A stretch of 63,629 nt of DNA, counting the filler, from Reticulomyxa filosa (Eukaryota > Protista > Foraminifera), in NCBI GenBank assembly GCA_000512085.1. It is 18 parts of 18 records of this genome, joined end to end, with 100 filler letters (N's around TTAATTAATTAA, not from the genome) between each part and the next. Parts side by side here need not be neighbours in the genome. Positions count along the whole stretch, not along the records: positions 51,217 to 53,659 come from ASPP01006260.1; positions 53,760 to 55,293 come from ASPP01023155.1; positions 55,394 to 58,205 come from ASPP01021227.1; positions 58,306 to 61,033 come from ASPP01017864.1; positions 61,134 to 62,206 come from ASPP01022183.1; positions 62,307 to 63,629 come from ASPP01016702.1; 12 more parts are not named here. One strand, 5' to 3'. The notes under the pieces were generated by a model. It saw only the letters and a list, made by a program, of their open reading frames with translations. It was not told the DNA's origin and ran no database searches. This document shows, one piece after another, positions 53,404-63,629 of the stretch. Each line of letters opens with the position of its first letter. Position 1 is the stretch's first letter. The translations under genes and the position numbers were made by a program.

Positions 53404-53659
53404 ATGACCATCACACCGCGAGCATGGCCGGCACCCGGCCAGAAGACCCCCCTGCCCCGCCCGGCAGGCAGTGCCGACAGCGCCATGATTGCCGCCCTGC
53501 CGGAGAGCGGCCAACCTGTGCTGATCCTGACCGCCAGCGCACAGGACGCGCAACGGCTAAAGGCCGAGCTGCCGTTCTTCCGTCCGGACTGGCGCATCGC
53601 GCTGCTGCCGGACTGGGAAACGCTGCCCTACGACCACTTTTCGCCGCACGGCGACCTGG
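53404..53659 (+). CDS. mfd: Transcription-repair coupling factor Mfd, N-terminal fragment
   Basis: GSADSAMIA..PVLILTASAQDAQRLKAELPFF..LLPDWETLPYDHFSPHGDL contains the Mfd signature PDWETLPYDxFSPH. Confidence 0.93.
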
Positions 53660-53759
53660 NNNNNNNNNNNNNNNNNNNNNNNNNNNNNNNNNNNNNNNNN
53701 NNNTTAATTAATTAANNNNNNNNNNNNNNNNNNNNNNNNNNNNNNNNNNNNNNNNNNNN

Positions 53760-54736
53760 AATTTGCAAGCAGACAAGCACCGTTTCCCATCAGGGATAGC
53801 AAACCTGACCGAGTGGTTGCACGAGAATGGTTTTTTGTTTGGACTGTACACAAATGCAGGAGATAAGACATGCTCGAGCGGACGACGTGTGCTCAAGCCA
53901 CCAGGGAGCTATGGACATTACCAGCAAGACGCAAACACATTTGCGGAATGGGAGGTGGACTACGTGAAGATCAGTTGGTGCGGGAACAACTTGTACAACG
54001 CACAGGAACAGCATACCGGGTTTAGTGAGGTGTTGAACAACACCGGACGAAGCATGTGGCTGGGGCTGCGTCGTGGCATAGCTATCGCCCTTCTCCTTAC
54101 GTAACCCAAGTAGCCAACAGCTGGAGAGTGACTGGAGACCATCATGATCATTGGAAATCCACTTTGGCTGCCATTGAATCAGTAGCTGGACCCAATGTTA
54201 CGGCTATGTCAGCTACGTATAATTAGGCATACAATGACTTTTTAATGACAGGTGGACAAGGGTTGTTCGTCCATCAATCCTGATGTCCCTGCTGGACATT
54301 GTCCCGGGCAAACCCATTCCGAGTATCGCTTTGAGTTTGCCATTTGGGGTATCACTGCTTCCCCTTTGGTCGTCGCCACTGATGTGCGCGATATGATCGA
54401 TATCATGAATCAAGTGTTGCTCAATCAACAGAATGAAATCCCTGCTGCCGTTCGCTTGGGCACCAACTTCTGCGCTCAGAACCAAACGATACAAGCTGTC
54501 AGGTGTGGACCATAACGCAGTTTGATGGCAGCGTCGCCGTTTGCTTGTTCAATACTGTCAGTCAACAACAGTCCATTCGCGTTCTGTTGAGTCAGGTCAA
54601 CTCTTCGTGGAATAATCAAACCACGGTCGCAGTCACAGACTTGTGGGCACATCAAGATCTTGGAACGCTCACTGGACAGTTCCAAGCTAATGTCAATTGG
54701 CATGACAATGCCTTTGTCGTTATGAAAAGCCAATAA
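53760..54736 (+). pseudogene. Alpha-galactosidase (GH27) pseudogene
   Basis: RFPSGIANLTEWLHENGFLFGLY, DANTFAEWEVDYVKISWC, ANSWRVTGDH and EYRFEFAIW..ASPLVVATDVR, plus a C-terminal beta-sandwich. It has about 3 frameshifts and one TAG, and the nucleophile Asp appears as Ser. Confidence 0.88.
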
Positions 54737-55393
54737 ATGTTAATAGATTATTGTTTTTTTTCCCAGATAAAATGTAAAAATAAAAATTTTGTTTAATCTG
54801 AAAGATCAATATTAAGATATCGGCAAATAAATATATTTTTAAATTAGCAAAAATATTTTTGAAAGAAAAATGAAAAAAACATCATTAAAACGTCAGCGAT
54901 TACTTTTTTAATAAAAAAATAATTCTTATTTACCGAGATTACACAGGTCGGCCAAAAGAAACGCTACCAGAATTATCCCAAATTATGAGCAGTTAGTTTA
55001 TGTCAGCAAACGAAAAATTTTTTTTATTTTGTAACTACCTTTTTGAGGTAGTTACAAAAATTTAAACGTGTTTTGATTCGAATATCTTTATTCAAATACA
55101 ATTTTGAAATTTTTTATCATTGCGATATAATACAATGAAGAAAATTCAAAGTGTTATGATCACGAAGTTGAGGAGTGGCAATACATTTAAGAGTGCCCAA
55201 AGTCAGAAAGATTACATGAGTCAAGTGTTGCAGAAAGTTTTTTTACCAGCACTTGTCGAACGCACCAAATCAAAAAATAACGAATCAATAAAANNNNNNN
55301 NNNNNNNNNNNNNNNNNNNNNNNNNNNNNNNNNNNNNTTAATTAATTAANNNNNNNNNNNNNNNNNNNNNNNNNNNNNNNNNNNNNNNNNNNN

Positions 55394-57118
55394 AATGATA
55401 GGACTGCCTGCCAGCAAATTGAAGCACTACGTAGACAGCGATACACTGATGCTGTTGTTGGCAGTGTGGAACAAGGAAAACTTTCCACTTTATTCACAGC
55501 CGGACGATCAATTGCATAGGTACGCCATTGGATTGCAAGCGAAATTAGGGCGATTCGATAAACTCGTTCAAATTATATTGTCCTCTCTGAGCCACAGCAC
55601 CTCCATTCACTTTGCGGCCTTTTATTTGAACGAGGCACTTGTTCACAAGTTCCAAGTCTAGTGGCTCTGTCTTTTGCTCTTTTGTTCGTCGTTCATTGTA
55701 TCTTATGTGGTATATACATATACATATATATATATATATACATATATATGTGTTTATGCTTGTGTTTGTGTTTGGAATACCTGGCAATGCAAAGCATTCG
55801 CAAATTGAAGGGTGGACAAAAAGTGGAGGATATTGTATGGAATGTGTTTCAAGAATGGCACAGTTCCATTTGCTCCATTCTCATACATGAAAACGAAGAC
55901 AAAGATAAGTATCACCAAATCGGACTGACTCCAAGTCTGGAGGATCACTCTCCTGCAAACATTGCAAACACTGACAAATTACATAAAGAAGAAAATGACA
56001 GCAGCAGGAGATACAAACAGTATTTGCGAATATTGGAAAACTTGACATCACAGTTGAAACTACGGAAATTGCATTTTTTGTCACATGCCGTTTTGGCGAT
56101 AATGTTACAAATGGAAATTGCGCCTACTCGTCTCATTTACAACAATATCGCGTATGCGTATTCAAGTGATCTCGAATCAATCGACCAGGGGTCCAATGAC
56201 AGTCTGCACATAAATGAAAGTTTGGAGGAAACGTGGAAACAGTTGCAAATGAAATTTGCAAATGTCGCACACATTGAATACTTACTCGCGGAACAGCGAT
56301 TTGAAGAGGCCATCCAATTGCTAAGCCAAGTGCCGAATATCACCGCTGTGGGCACGAATCAGGACAGAGGGACATTTGTGAATACCGATACCGATCGTTC
56401 AACATCTTTACCTTCATTGGGACATCTGCCTACAAATACCAATGACAATGTGTCCGAGGATGATAAATTAAGAATTCATGTAATGCAAGAGTACTTGCAA
56501 AGTACGTACAGCTCTGCTTCAGTTGGGTGAGTTGCAAAGAGAACATAAGGAGGAGGAGAGTAAGGATAACGAAAAAAAAAGTAATGAGAACGATCATAAC
56601 AAATAAACTCATCTATATGGCAAATGATTTTTATGTGTTGCAAAATTTAGCTTAAAAAAAAAAAAAATGCGTTGATATACAGAGAGCAAAAAACCAAGAC
56701 CGGTTTGGACAGTCCATCCGATGCGCTAATATTTGAAATTGACAAAAAACATCAACAACGTTTGAGCAGGACAGAACCAAAGGCATGGAAAGCATTCTTC
56801 AAGGAAAACTCTGCAACGCTATCCAAGTCGAATTCTGGCTTGTGGTATCGTTCGAATATGCCAAATGACCTCCTTCATATTCACCCTGACAAAAGAGTCG
56901 TATCTTTGAATTCGAATCATTCAACTGATCTTTTGTTTGAAATGATATTTTACAAATGCCCGCCATACAACCACGAATGCTTGTTCGGATTTGATAGTAC
57001 AAATGATTATATTCAATTCAAAAACAAAAATTGGATTCAGCAAAGAGATATTTGGAATTTGGTTCAAACTATTACCAACGAAAAACTCCAATTCTTAGGT
57101 GCGTTCTTTTATTTGTGA
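55394..57118 (+). CDS. Hypothetical multi-exon protein, 3' part (helical)
   Basis: Three consecutive coding-like ORFs separated by AT-rich intron-like tracts. No family recognised. Confidence 0.6.
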
Positions 57119-58315
57119 TGATAACACCAAAACTAGCGATTTTTTAAAATATAAATTTACTTTACAGGAAAGGTATATTATCACCTCGTTTATGATCCCT
57201 CTTCTGTCATTGATGGCCTTTTTCAAGACCGTTCTGGTATTACGTTTGTACATTCGTTACCAAAGACTGCTCAAAATATCATTGTTGCTTTGCTTCAACG
57301 TTGTCAACAACAAGAAGAAAAGAAATTAGCAGACAGTACTGACTTAAAATTGAAAGAGTAAATCAATGCCTCTTTCATTGTTTCAATATTACAACGTGTA
57401 CACATGCGAACATTTTCCTACAAATGCAGACTTAGCACTCATTTCTCAATTTTGTTCCCTTCTAAACTACGCGCCAATTCTTGCGGGTATCCGTTGTTTG
57501 CCTTATTTAATGCGTTTGTACTTTGTTTAAGAAGTATTATTTCTCTTGTATACTTAATTGGCATTATCTGATACCGGAAGAAAGTACTTACACAAATCAA
57601 TATTTATGTTTGTTTTTATAAAATCATTTTCTTAAAAGCATTAAAATAAACAATCGTCGCTTTTCAACTAAAAATAGTTAAGGAATTTGCATATACTGAC
57701 ATGCTTAGACACCTTTTCCATGAAAATATTATTCGTTCTTTGGTTTGAACATTACATTATATGCTCACCTGCAATGTTTTGCAATTGCAATGAAGATTTA
57801 TTTGTGTCACATAAGCACTAATACAACATCTTCGATAATACAAAAAGGTGCATAAAACAGAAAATCAGTCTAGTACAAATAAACGCAAATATTAATCGAT
57901 ATACAACATATTCAACTCTTCATCTCATTTTATTTTTTTAATAAATAAATAAAAACGATTAATCTTAAATCGCAGTACTTCATATGAATGAACTATTTAA
58001 TGTTGTTTTTTTTTGGTACAAACTCTAAGTCTATTGCACAGTATTACACGTAGTTAATTTTTTTAAGGACATAAGTGAACTAAATTGACCTATTTACATA
58101 TTTTCGACTTAAATTTTAAAACATTAAAATTTAGAAATTTTTTGCGATGAAATAATTTAATGAGAATGATATCAGGTGGGCTGGAGAATGCATTGAATTA
58201 TTTTTNNNNNNNNNNNNNNNNNNNNNNNNNNNNNNNNNNNNNNNNNNNNTTAATTAATTAANNNNNNNNNNNNNNNNNNNNNNNNNNNNNNNNNNNNNNN
58301 NNNNNAAAAAAAAAG

Positions 58316-60961
58316 ATGGAGAATTTGCAATGGGACAAATGGGCGTATCTGGGAAATGCAGAACAAATAAAGCGAGGCGAAACAAAATATGAGCGTCAAG
58401 ACTTTGACTTCATAGACAATGAAGTATATCATCTGTCAAACTTTGCAGAGTTAGGTCGTCCAAAACGAGGCTTGTGGAAGTGGTTCACGTGCATAATCGT
58501 TGGAGTGTGTGTTGGATTGGCCATGACACTGTTGACACTGTTGATTGAAATTCTCAACTCTTCCGGATATCATTTGTTGAAAAAAGGAATGCAAACGTCC
58601 ATTGGCTATGGACTATTGCTTTGGTTGCTCATCTCGCTGCTCTACACCATCATCGCCGGCTTGATGACCATCTATATCAGTCCCGCTGCCTCGGGAAGTG
58701 GCATTCCCGAGGTCAAGAGCTATCTCAACGGAAGCGTTCATTTCGAAGAGGGGCTATTCTCCTATAAGACTTGTTTTGTCGCTTTCATTCTTTCTTCTTT
58801 ATTCATTTATTTATTTCATTCATTCATTTGATTGATTCGTTTGGCTATATTTGTGACTTTAGTGTCCGTCAAAATCTTTGGAGTGGCTCTTGCACTTGGA
58901 GGAAACTTGGTCCTTGGAAAAGAAGGTTCTTTGTTTGTACATGCTTGTCAATATCACATTGGAGTGGTTCATTTATTTTGTGGATTGAATAGGCCCAATG
59001 GTAATTGCACTCTTTATTTTTATGTGTTTTTTTTATTTGTGCGTGGAATGTGGAAAAGAAAATGCGGTGATAAGACAAGGTTGAAAGATGCTTGGTATTT
59101 TTTTTCGTTTTTGCTGAAATAGGTGCACACAGGTAAATCCACGCGTTTCCCTTTGTCTGCATGCACACAAACTAATTTATCCAAAAAAAAAAAAAAAAAA
59201 AAGGATCTGCTATTGCAAATGCCATTGGTAGGGCCGGGATACTATGTAAATTGGATGCATGTCTTGGTTTTGTTTATGGAAGCGATAAAGATCGAAGAGA
59301 TCTCATTTTAGTTGGATGTGCTGCAGGTTTTTTTTTTTTTTTGTATATACTAAATTTTCAAACACAAAATTGTGCGTTGCAACTACAAATGCAAGAAACG
59401 TTGATTGTTTGCAAAAAAAAAAAAAATTGAAAAGGCGTAGCTGCGGCATTTGGAGCCCCTGTAGGCGGGTATTCTTTTTTGTGTGACGCTGAACAACGTA
59501 AACAAAACAAAATAAAAAAAAGTTGAAGTGCAAAGAACAATAACACACAACACACAAATGTGCGTTTGTTTGATCCCCTTTTGCAAAGCATGTTATTCGC
59601 ATTGGAAGAAGTAAGTTCGCACTGGAAATCAGGACTAAACTGGAGAGCGCTCTTGGCGGCCGCTGTTGCTGATTTCACTGTCATTGGAATGTTGGGATGC
59701 ATTCAACACCAATGTGGAGAAGTGCGCTTTTTTTTTTTTTTTTTTTCATTCAAACGAAAGACAAAAAAATAACAACAAAAAAAAATAATTAAAAGTTCAA
59801 TCGGACAGGACTGGTCGCATTTGACAGTCGTGACAATGTAGATCAACAGGGAATATTTCAATTTGTGAGCATGTGGTGCTTCATTGTGATCGCAGTGGTG
59901 GGCGGCTTGTTGGGAGCATTATTCAATTATTTAAATGTGAAAATAACCACATTTCGTCGCCAATATGTCAATCCCAATAAATTTTATAAAATCACGCAAA
60001 TTGCTGTTGTATGTGCAATCACAATAACAAGCGTGACGTTGTTGCCTCATTTCTTTAGCGATTGCAAGCCAATTCCATCCAATTGTCACAACCAAGACGT
60101 CTGTCATCAAATGATTCACTACGCCAAATTGTTTTGTTCGGACGATCAGTACAGTCCATTGGCTGCCCTGTTGACCTCTCCCAATGATTTGGTTATCAAA
60201 GGCTTATTTTTATATCAAAATAACACGAATAGCACTTCGACGACGGACAATGGACGTTGGAATTTGACCGCAACTGAAACCACTACCAATGACAGCACAT
60301 CCGATTACTTTGACTATCAATCGCTATGGATTGCCACAATCACATACTTTGCATTGGCGGTCATTACATACGGAGTCAACGTTCCCAGTGGAGTTTTTAT
60401 CCCCTTGATGCTTATTGGGGCCAATATCGGCCATTTGTTGGGCAAATATTTTACGCAAATTAGCACCACTCGAGTATTTGATGTTGGCACTTATGCTCTT
60501 TTAGTTTGGTTCATTTTTTTTTTTTTTTTTTTGGAAAAAAGGGCGTGTCACAAAACAAAGTTCCATTTGTGAATGAATATAAAAAATGAAGGGAAGTGCT
60601 GCAATGTTGGCAGGTTGAATACAACACATACATGTATTTTTCTTTTTCAATTCACTTTGTTTGCCAACAGTGAAAAATAAATTAATGCAGGTAGTACCCG
60701 CATCACAGTCAGTCTCACTGTTATTATGTTAGAAATTAGCAACGATATATACTATCTCTTGTTACGTGACTGATTAAAAAAAAAAACTCATTTTCTTGAA
60801 CGTGTTGAGTGAGGACACATTTACGTGAATACATTACATTCAGGCCTTTGATCATAACGATAATGATCGCCAAGTACGTCGGAGATAGATTTAGTGGTGC
60901 ATTGTACGCCACACAAATTGCATTGAAGGGCATACCTTTCTTGCAAGACAAGTTACCAAAG
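58316..60961 (+). CDS. CLC family Cl-/H+ antiporter (CLC-6/7-like), partial, 11 exons including micro-exons
   Basis: GSGIPEVK; GKEG|PM|VHTG; DRRDLILVGCAAG|VAAAFGAPVGG|MLFALEE; VPSGVFIPLMLIGA; GSAAMLAG|STRITVSLTVIMLE; ALYATQIALKGIPFL. Confidence 0.95.
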
Positions 60962-61229
60962 GTGATCTTTGTTTGCAACGCACACACACACAGCACACAC
61001 AGCACACACAAATTAAATGTAAAAAGGATGACANNNNNNNNNNNNNNNNNNNNNNNNNNNNNNNNNNNNNNNNNNNNTTAATTAATTAANNNNNNNNNNN
61101 NNNNNNNNNNNNNNNNNNNNNNNNNNNNNNNNNAAAAAAAAAAAAAATGTTTCTTAATTCTTTTTTTTTATAAAAAAAAAAAAAAATTGAATTTAAAAAA
61201 ATTAAAAAAAAAAAAAAAAAGAAATAAGC

Positions 61230-61928
61230 TTGTGCGAAGATCAAGGAATCAAAGATCGCAAAGTGTGCAATGAAACAAAACGACAAGACATGTGGCAATG
61301 GATGTATGAATTTTGGGCTCGCAAACGCGAAGTGTTGAACTACATTCAACCGAAACTGGTTCGCAATTTTACTGCGACTGGATTTGCCCCCTCACACTTA
61401 GACGATGAGATCTTTCAGGCACTGACCGACTTTTGGAAAACGGCACAAGAACAAGGAGACTTGAACGAGGAAGGGGCAGCGGGCCCTGTCATGAACCAAC
61501 AAAAGTCTCCCACATTTATGGCCTATTTGCCAGAGTCAGAACGACAGGCTTTGACCGATTGGATTCGACCTAAACTTGAAACATGGGCCAACATTCCGAG
61601 CTTGGAACTCACTTCTTTGTATGGCATACGCATGTACACACGAGGTGCCATTTTGGGAATGCACGTCGATACATGTGGCACACATGTCATTAGTGCCATC
61701 ATCAACGTGGATAGCAAGTTAGACCAGGGAAAAGATTGGCCATTGCAAATCTATGACCACGAAGGGACTTTGCATGAGTTTACAATGAAACCAGGAGATG
61801 TCATGTTTTACGAAAGTGCAAAATGTGGACACTCCAGATTTAAACCATTGCCTGGCGAATATTATGCCAATATTTTTATTCACTTTAAACCAACTGACCC
61901 AATATATTGGAATTATGATTGGTTTTAG
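61230..61928 (+). CDS. 2OG-Fe(II) oxygenase superfamily protein, last exon
   Basis: LYGIRMYTRGAILGMHVD (HxD), ISAIINVD, WPLQI and MKPGDVMFYES..GHSR..YYANIFIHF (distal His). Confidence 0.85.
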   Translation: MCEDQGIKDRKVCNETKRQDMWQWMYEFWARKREVLNYIQPKLVRNFTATGFAPSHLDDEIFQALTDFWKTAQEQGDLNEEGAAGPVMNQQKSPTFMAYLPESERQALTDWIRPKLETWANIPSLELTSLYGIRMYTRGAILGMHVDTCGTHVISAIINVDSKLDQGKDWPLQIYDHEGTLHEFTMKPGDVMFYESAKCGHSRFKPLPGEYYANIFIHFKPTDPIYWNYDWF

Positions 61929-62388
61929 ATTTTAAAAAAAAAAAGTTAGAGGGAATTTAACAAGAAAAAAAATTTAGTGTTTTCTTTTTGTTTAGTTTGG
62001 TTTTAATTTTTATTTCGAACTCAACTTCAATGACAACTGTCTTTGCAAAATTCCTCATCAAACACTTGAACAGTGAGATGAATCAATATTACCACACACA
62101 AAGATAAACGGCATTAATTTCAAGTTACGTAAAACTGGATCAACTTAATAAAAAAAATCAGTCTTCAGTTAGATCAATAGGTGTGTTGAAATCAGGCATT
62201 CGATCTNNNNNNNNNNNNNNNNNNNNNNNNNNNNNNNNNNNNNNNNNNNNTTAATTAATTAANNNNNNNNNNNNNNNNNNNNNNNNNNNNNNNNNNNNNN
62301 NNNNNNAAAAAATTTTAAAAAAAAAAAAAAAAAAAAAAAAAGGGGGACGATATGAAATAAAAGGGTCATATTTGTTGTGTGTGACAAC

Positions 62389-63508
62389 TCAGTAAACTGA
62401 AGCAAGCAAGGCCGTTTTGAATTTTTGATGCAATGGAATGCAATGCTCTTCATAGATTTTCTTTGCGCTTTTGAGATCGTTGTGAGCGACTAGCTTCCAT
62501 TGAATCAAATCTTTCAAAGTTTGCAAGACGCAAATTTGCATGCCAACACCGTGCTTGATCGCTTCCATAGGGACACCATCGGCAGTGGCTCCGGACAGGT
62601 CGTTGTCATTGGCCAAATTCGAAGGGAACGTCTCTGTCTCCTCACTGTCGGAATTCATCCAAGGAAGGACGACATTGAAGCACAGGTTTTCCAATTGCCG
62701 TCCATACACTTCTGCTTTTTCATAGTCCTTCATATCGTCGATTAAATTGTTCAATACCCCCTCCAATGTGCTGAGCAATGATATTAGCAAAATGGGTGTC
62801 GATCCCTCTCTTTGCAAGCGTTGAGTCAGTTCTTGAATCACCCAATCGGCCATTTGTAATTTTTCTTCATATTTTTGCAATGCCTCGAGTGTTGTGACTA
62901 TCCAATGACCTATATATATATATATATATATGTGTATATGTATATATGTGTGCATATACATTTATTTCAACTCTTAATTACATGCAATAAATTAAAAAAA
63001 AAAAAAAACCTGTTAAATCCAACAAACGGGGGTCAAAGATTAACAACTGCTGTGCAAACTCGAGCAATTGTTGGTATTGATATCTTCCCGCGTAATGCGC
63101 GGCAATCATTCCAAAGAGGGACTGATCCATTGGGCCAAACGTGAATGTCGGAGCGGTGACCATGCTTCGTATTTCGGCGTCGGACTTGGTGTTGCCGTGA
63201 ATGCGTTTCAAGTCAAAGTATTCCTCGTTCCAATCCTTGAGCATTTTCACGAGAATGTTTTTGGATTGGTTGGTTATTGCAAAGGCTATTTGGTGATTGC
63301 CCACGGCGAACAAAAGTTCCCCTGTGCACTGCAGCACTTCGTGGAGCAAAACTCTGGCTTGACTATATTTGTTTTCATTGCACAAGTGTTGACTTTCTTC
63401 CAACGCCAATTGCAACACACGAGTCATCACACCTGCCAGGCTACACGATGATTTCCGACCACGATTCATTGGAAGCTCTGCTCCAATCGGGTGGGTCATT
63501 ATCAACAT
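62389..63508 (-). CDS. Hypothetical helical-repeat (TPR-like) protein, internal exons
   Basis: Two coding-like exons rich in amphipathic helices (YSQARVLLHEVLQ; YEKAEVYGRQL), separated by a GTTTTT..ATAG intron. Confidence 0.55.
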
Positions 63509-63629
63509 TTCCGGCTATTTAATATCAATATGTACGTATACATACATATACATATATGTACATATATATACATATATTATATGTTATATTTCATTGCTAC
63601 AATAATTTCCAAGTAAAAATTTATTTATT

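Larger units (their letters stand above)
51217..53659. other. Foreign GC-rich bacterial contig (probably betaproteobacterial contaminant or associated bacterium)
   Basis: GC is much higher than in the flanking contigs, with GC3-biased codons, no introns and bacteria-specific genes. It is bounded by linkers on both sides. Confidence 0.95.

Noticed and set aside
51217-54736. Operon or HGT cluster linking GGDEF-EAL/mfd with the alpha-galactosidase
   Set aside because: They are on different contigs separated by a linker and have different base composition.

Overview
This is not a continuous locus. It is 18 short contigs joined by 17 identical 100-nt artificial linkers (44 N + TTAATTAATTAA + 44 N), so gene neighbourhood across linkers carries no meaning. 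Seventeen contigs come from an AT-rich, intron-rich eukaryote. The short introns with homopolymer and (TA)n tracts, the expanded WD40/TPR families and the many pseudogenes resemble the foraminiferan Reticulomyxa filosa; this assignment is my inference and was not tested. Recognisable eukaryotic genes are an axonemal inner-arm dynein heavy chain (3' part, 10 introns), a secreted type-B carboxylesterase, a PhyH-like dioxygenase, a membrane-anchored cyclophilin, a CLC Cl-/H+ antiporter, an SLX4-like scaffold, a CAP-Gly protein, an aquaporin fragment, a GT4 glycosyltransferase, a CCCH protein, a class-3 lipase, an importin-beta-like N-terminus, WD40 and TPR proteins, a 2OG-Fe(II) oxygenase and a PAM2-motif protein. 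There are also several pseudogenes, including a GH27 alpha-galactosidase and a ubiquitin-led gene. One contig (51217-53659) is GC-rich bacterial DNA encoding PAS-PAS-GGDEF-EAL and the start of mfd, and it appears chimeric. The best-supported unusual biology concerns splicing: consecutive 8-nt and 10-nt micro-exons complete the CLC gating motif, most 5' splice sites start GTT, and many 3' splice sites have poly-A rather than polypyrimidine tracts. I saw no tRNA, rRNA or CRISPR array. All exon boundaries were inferred by eye.
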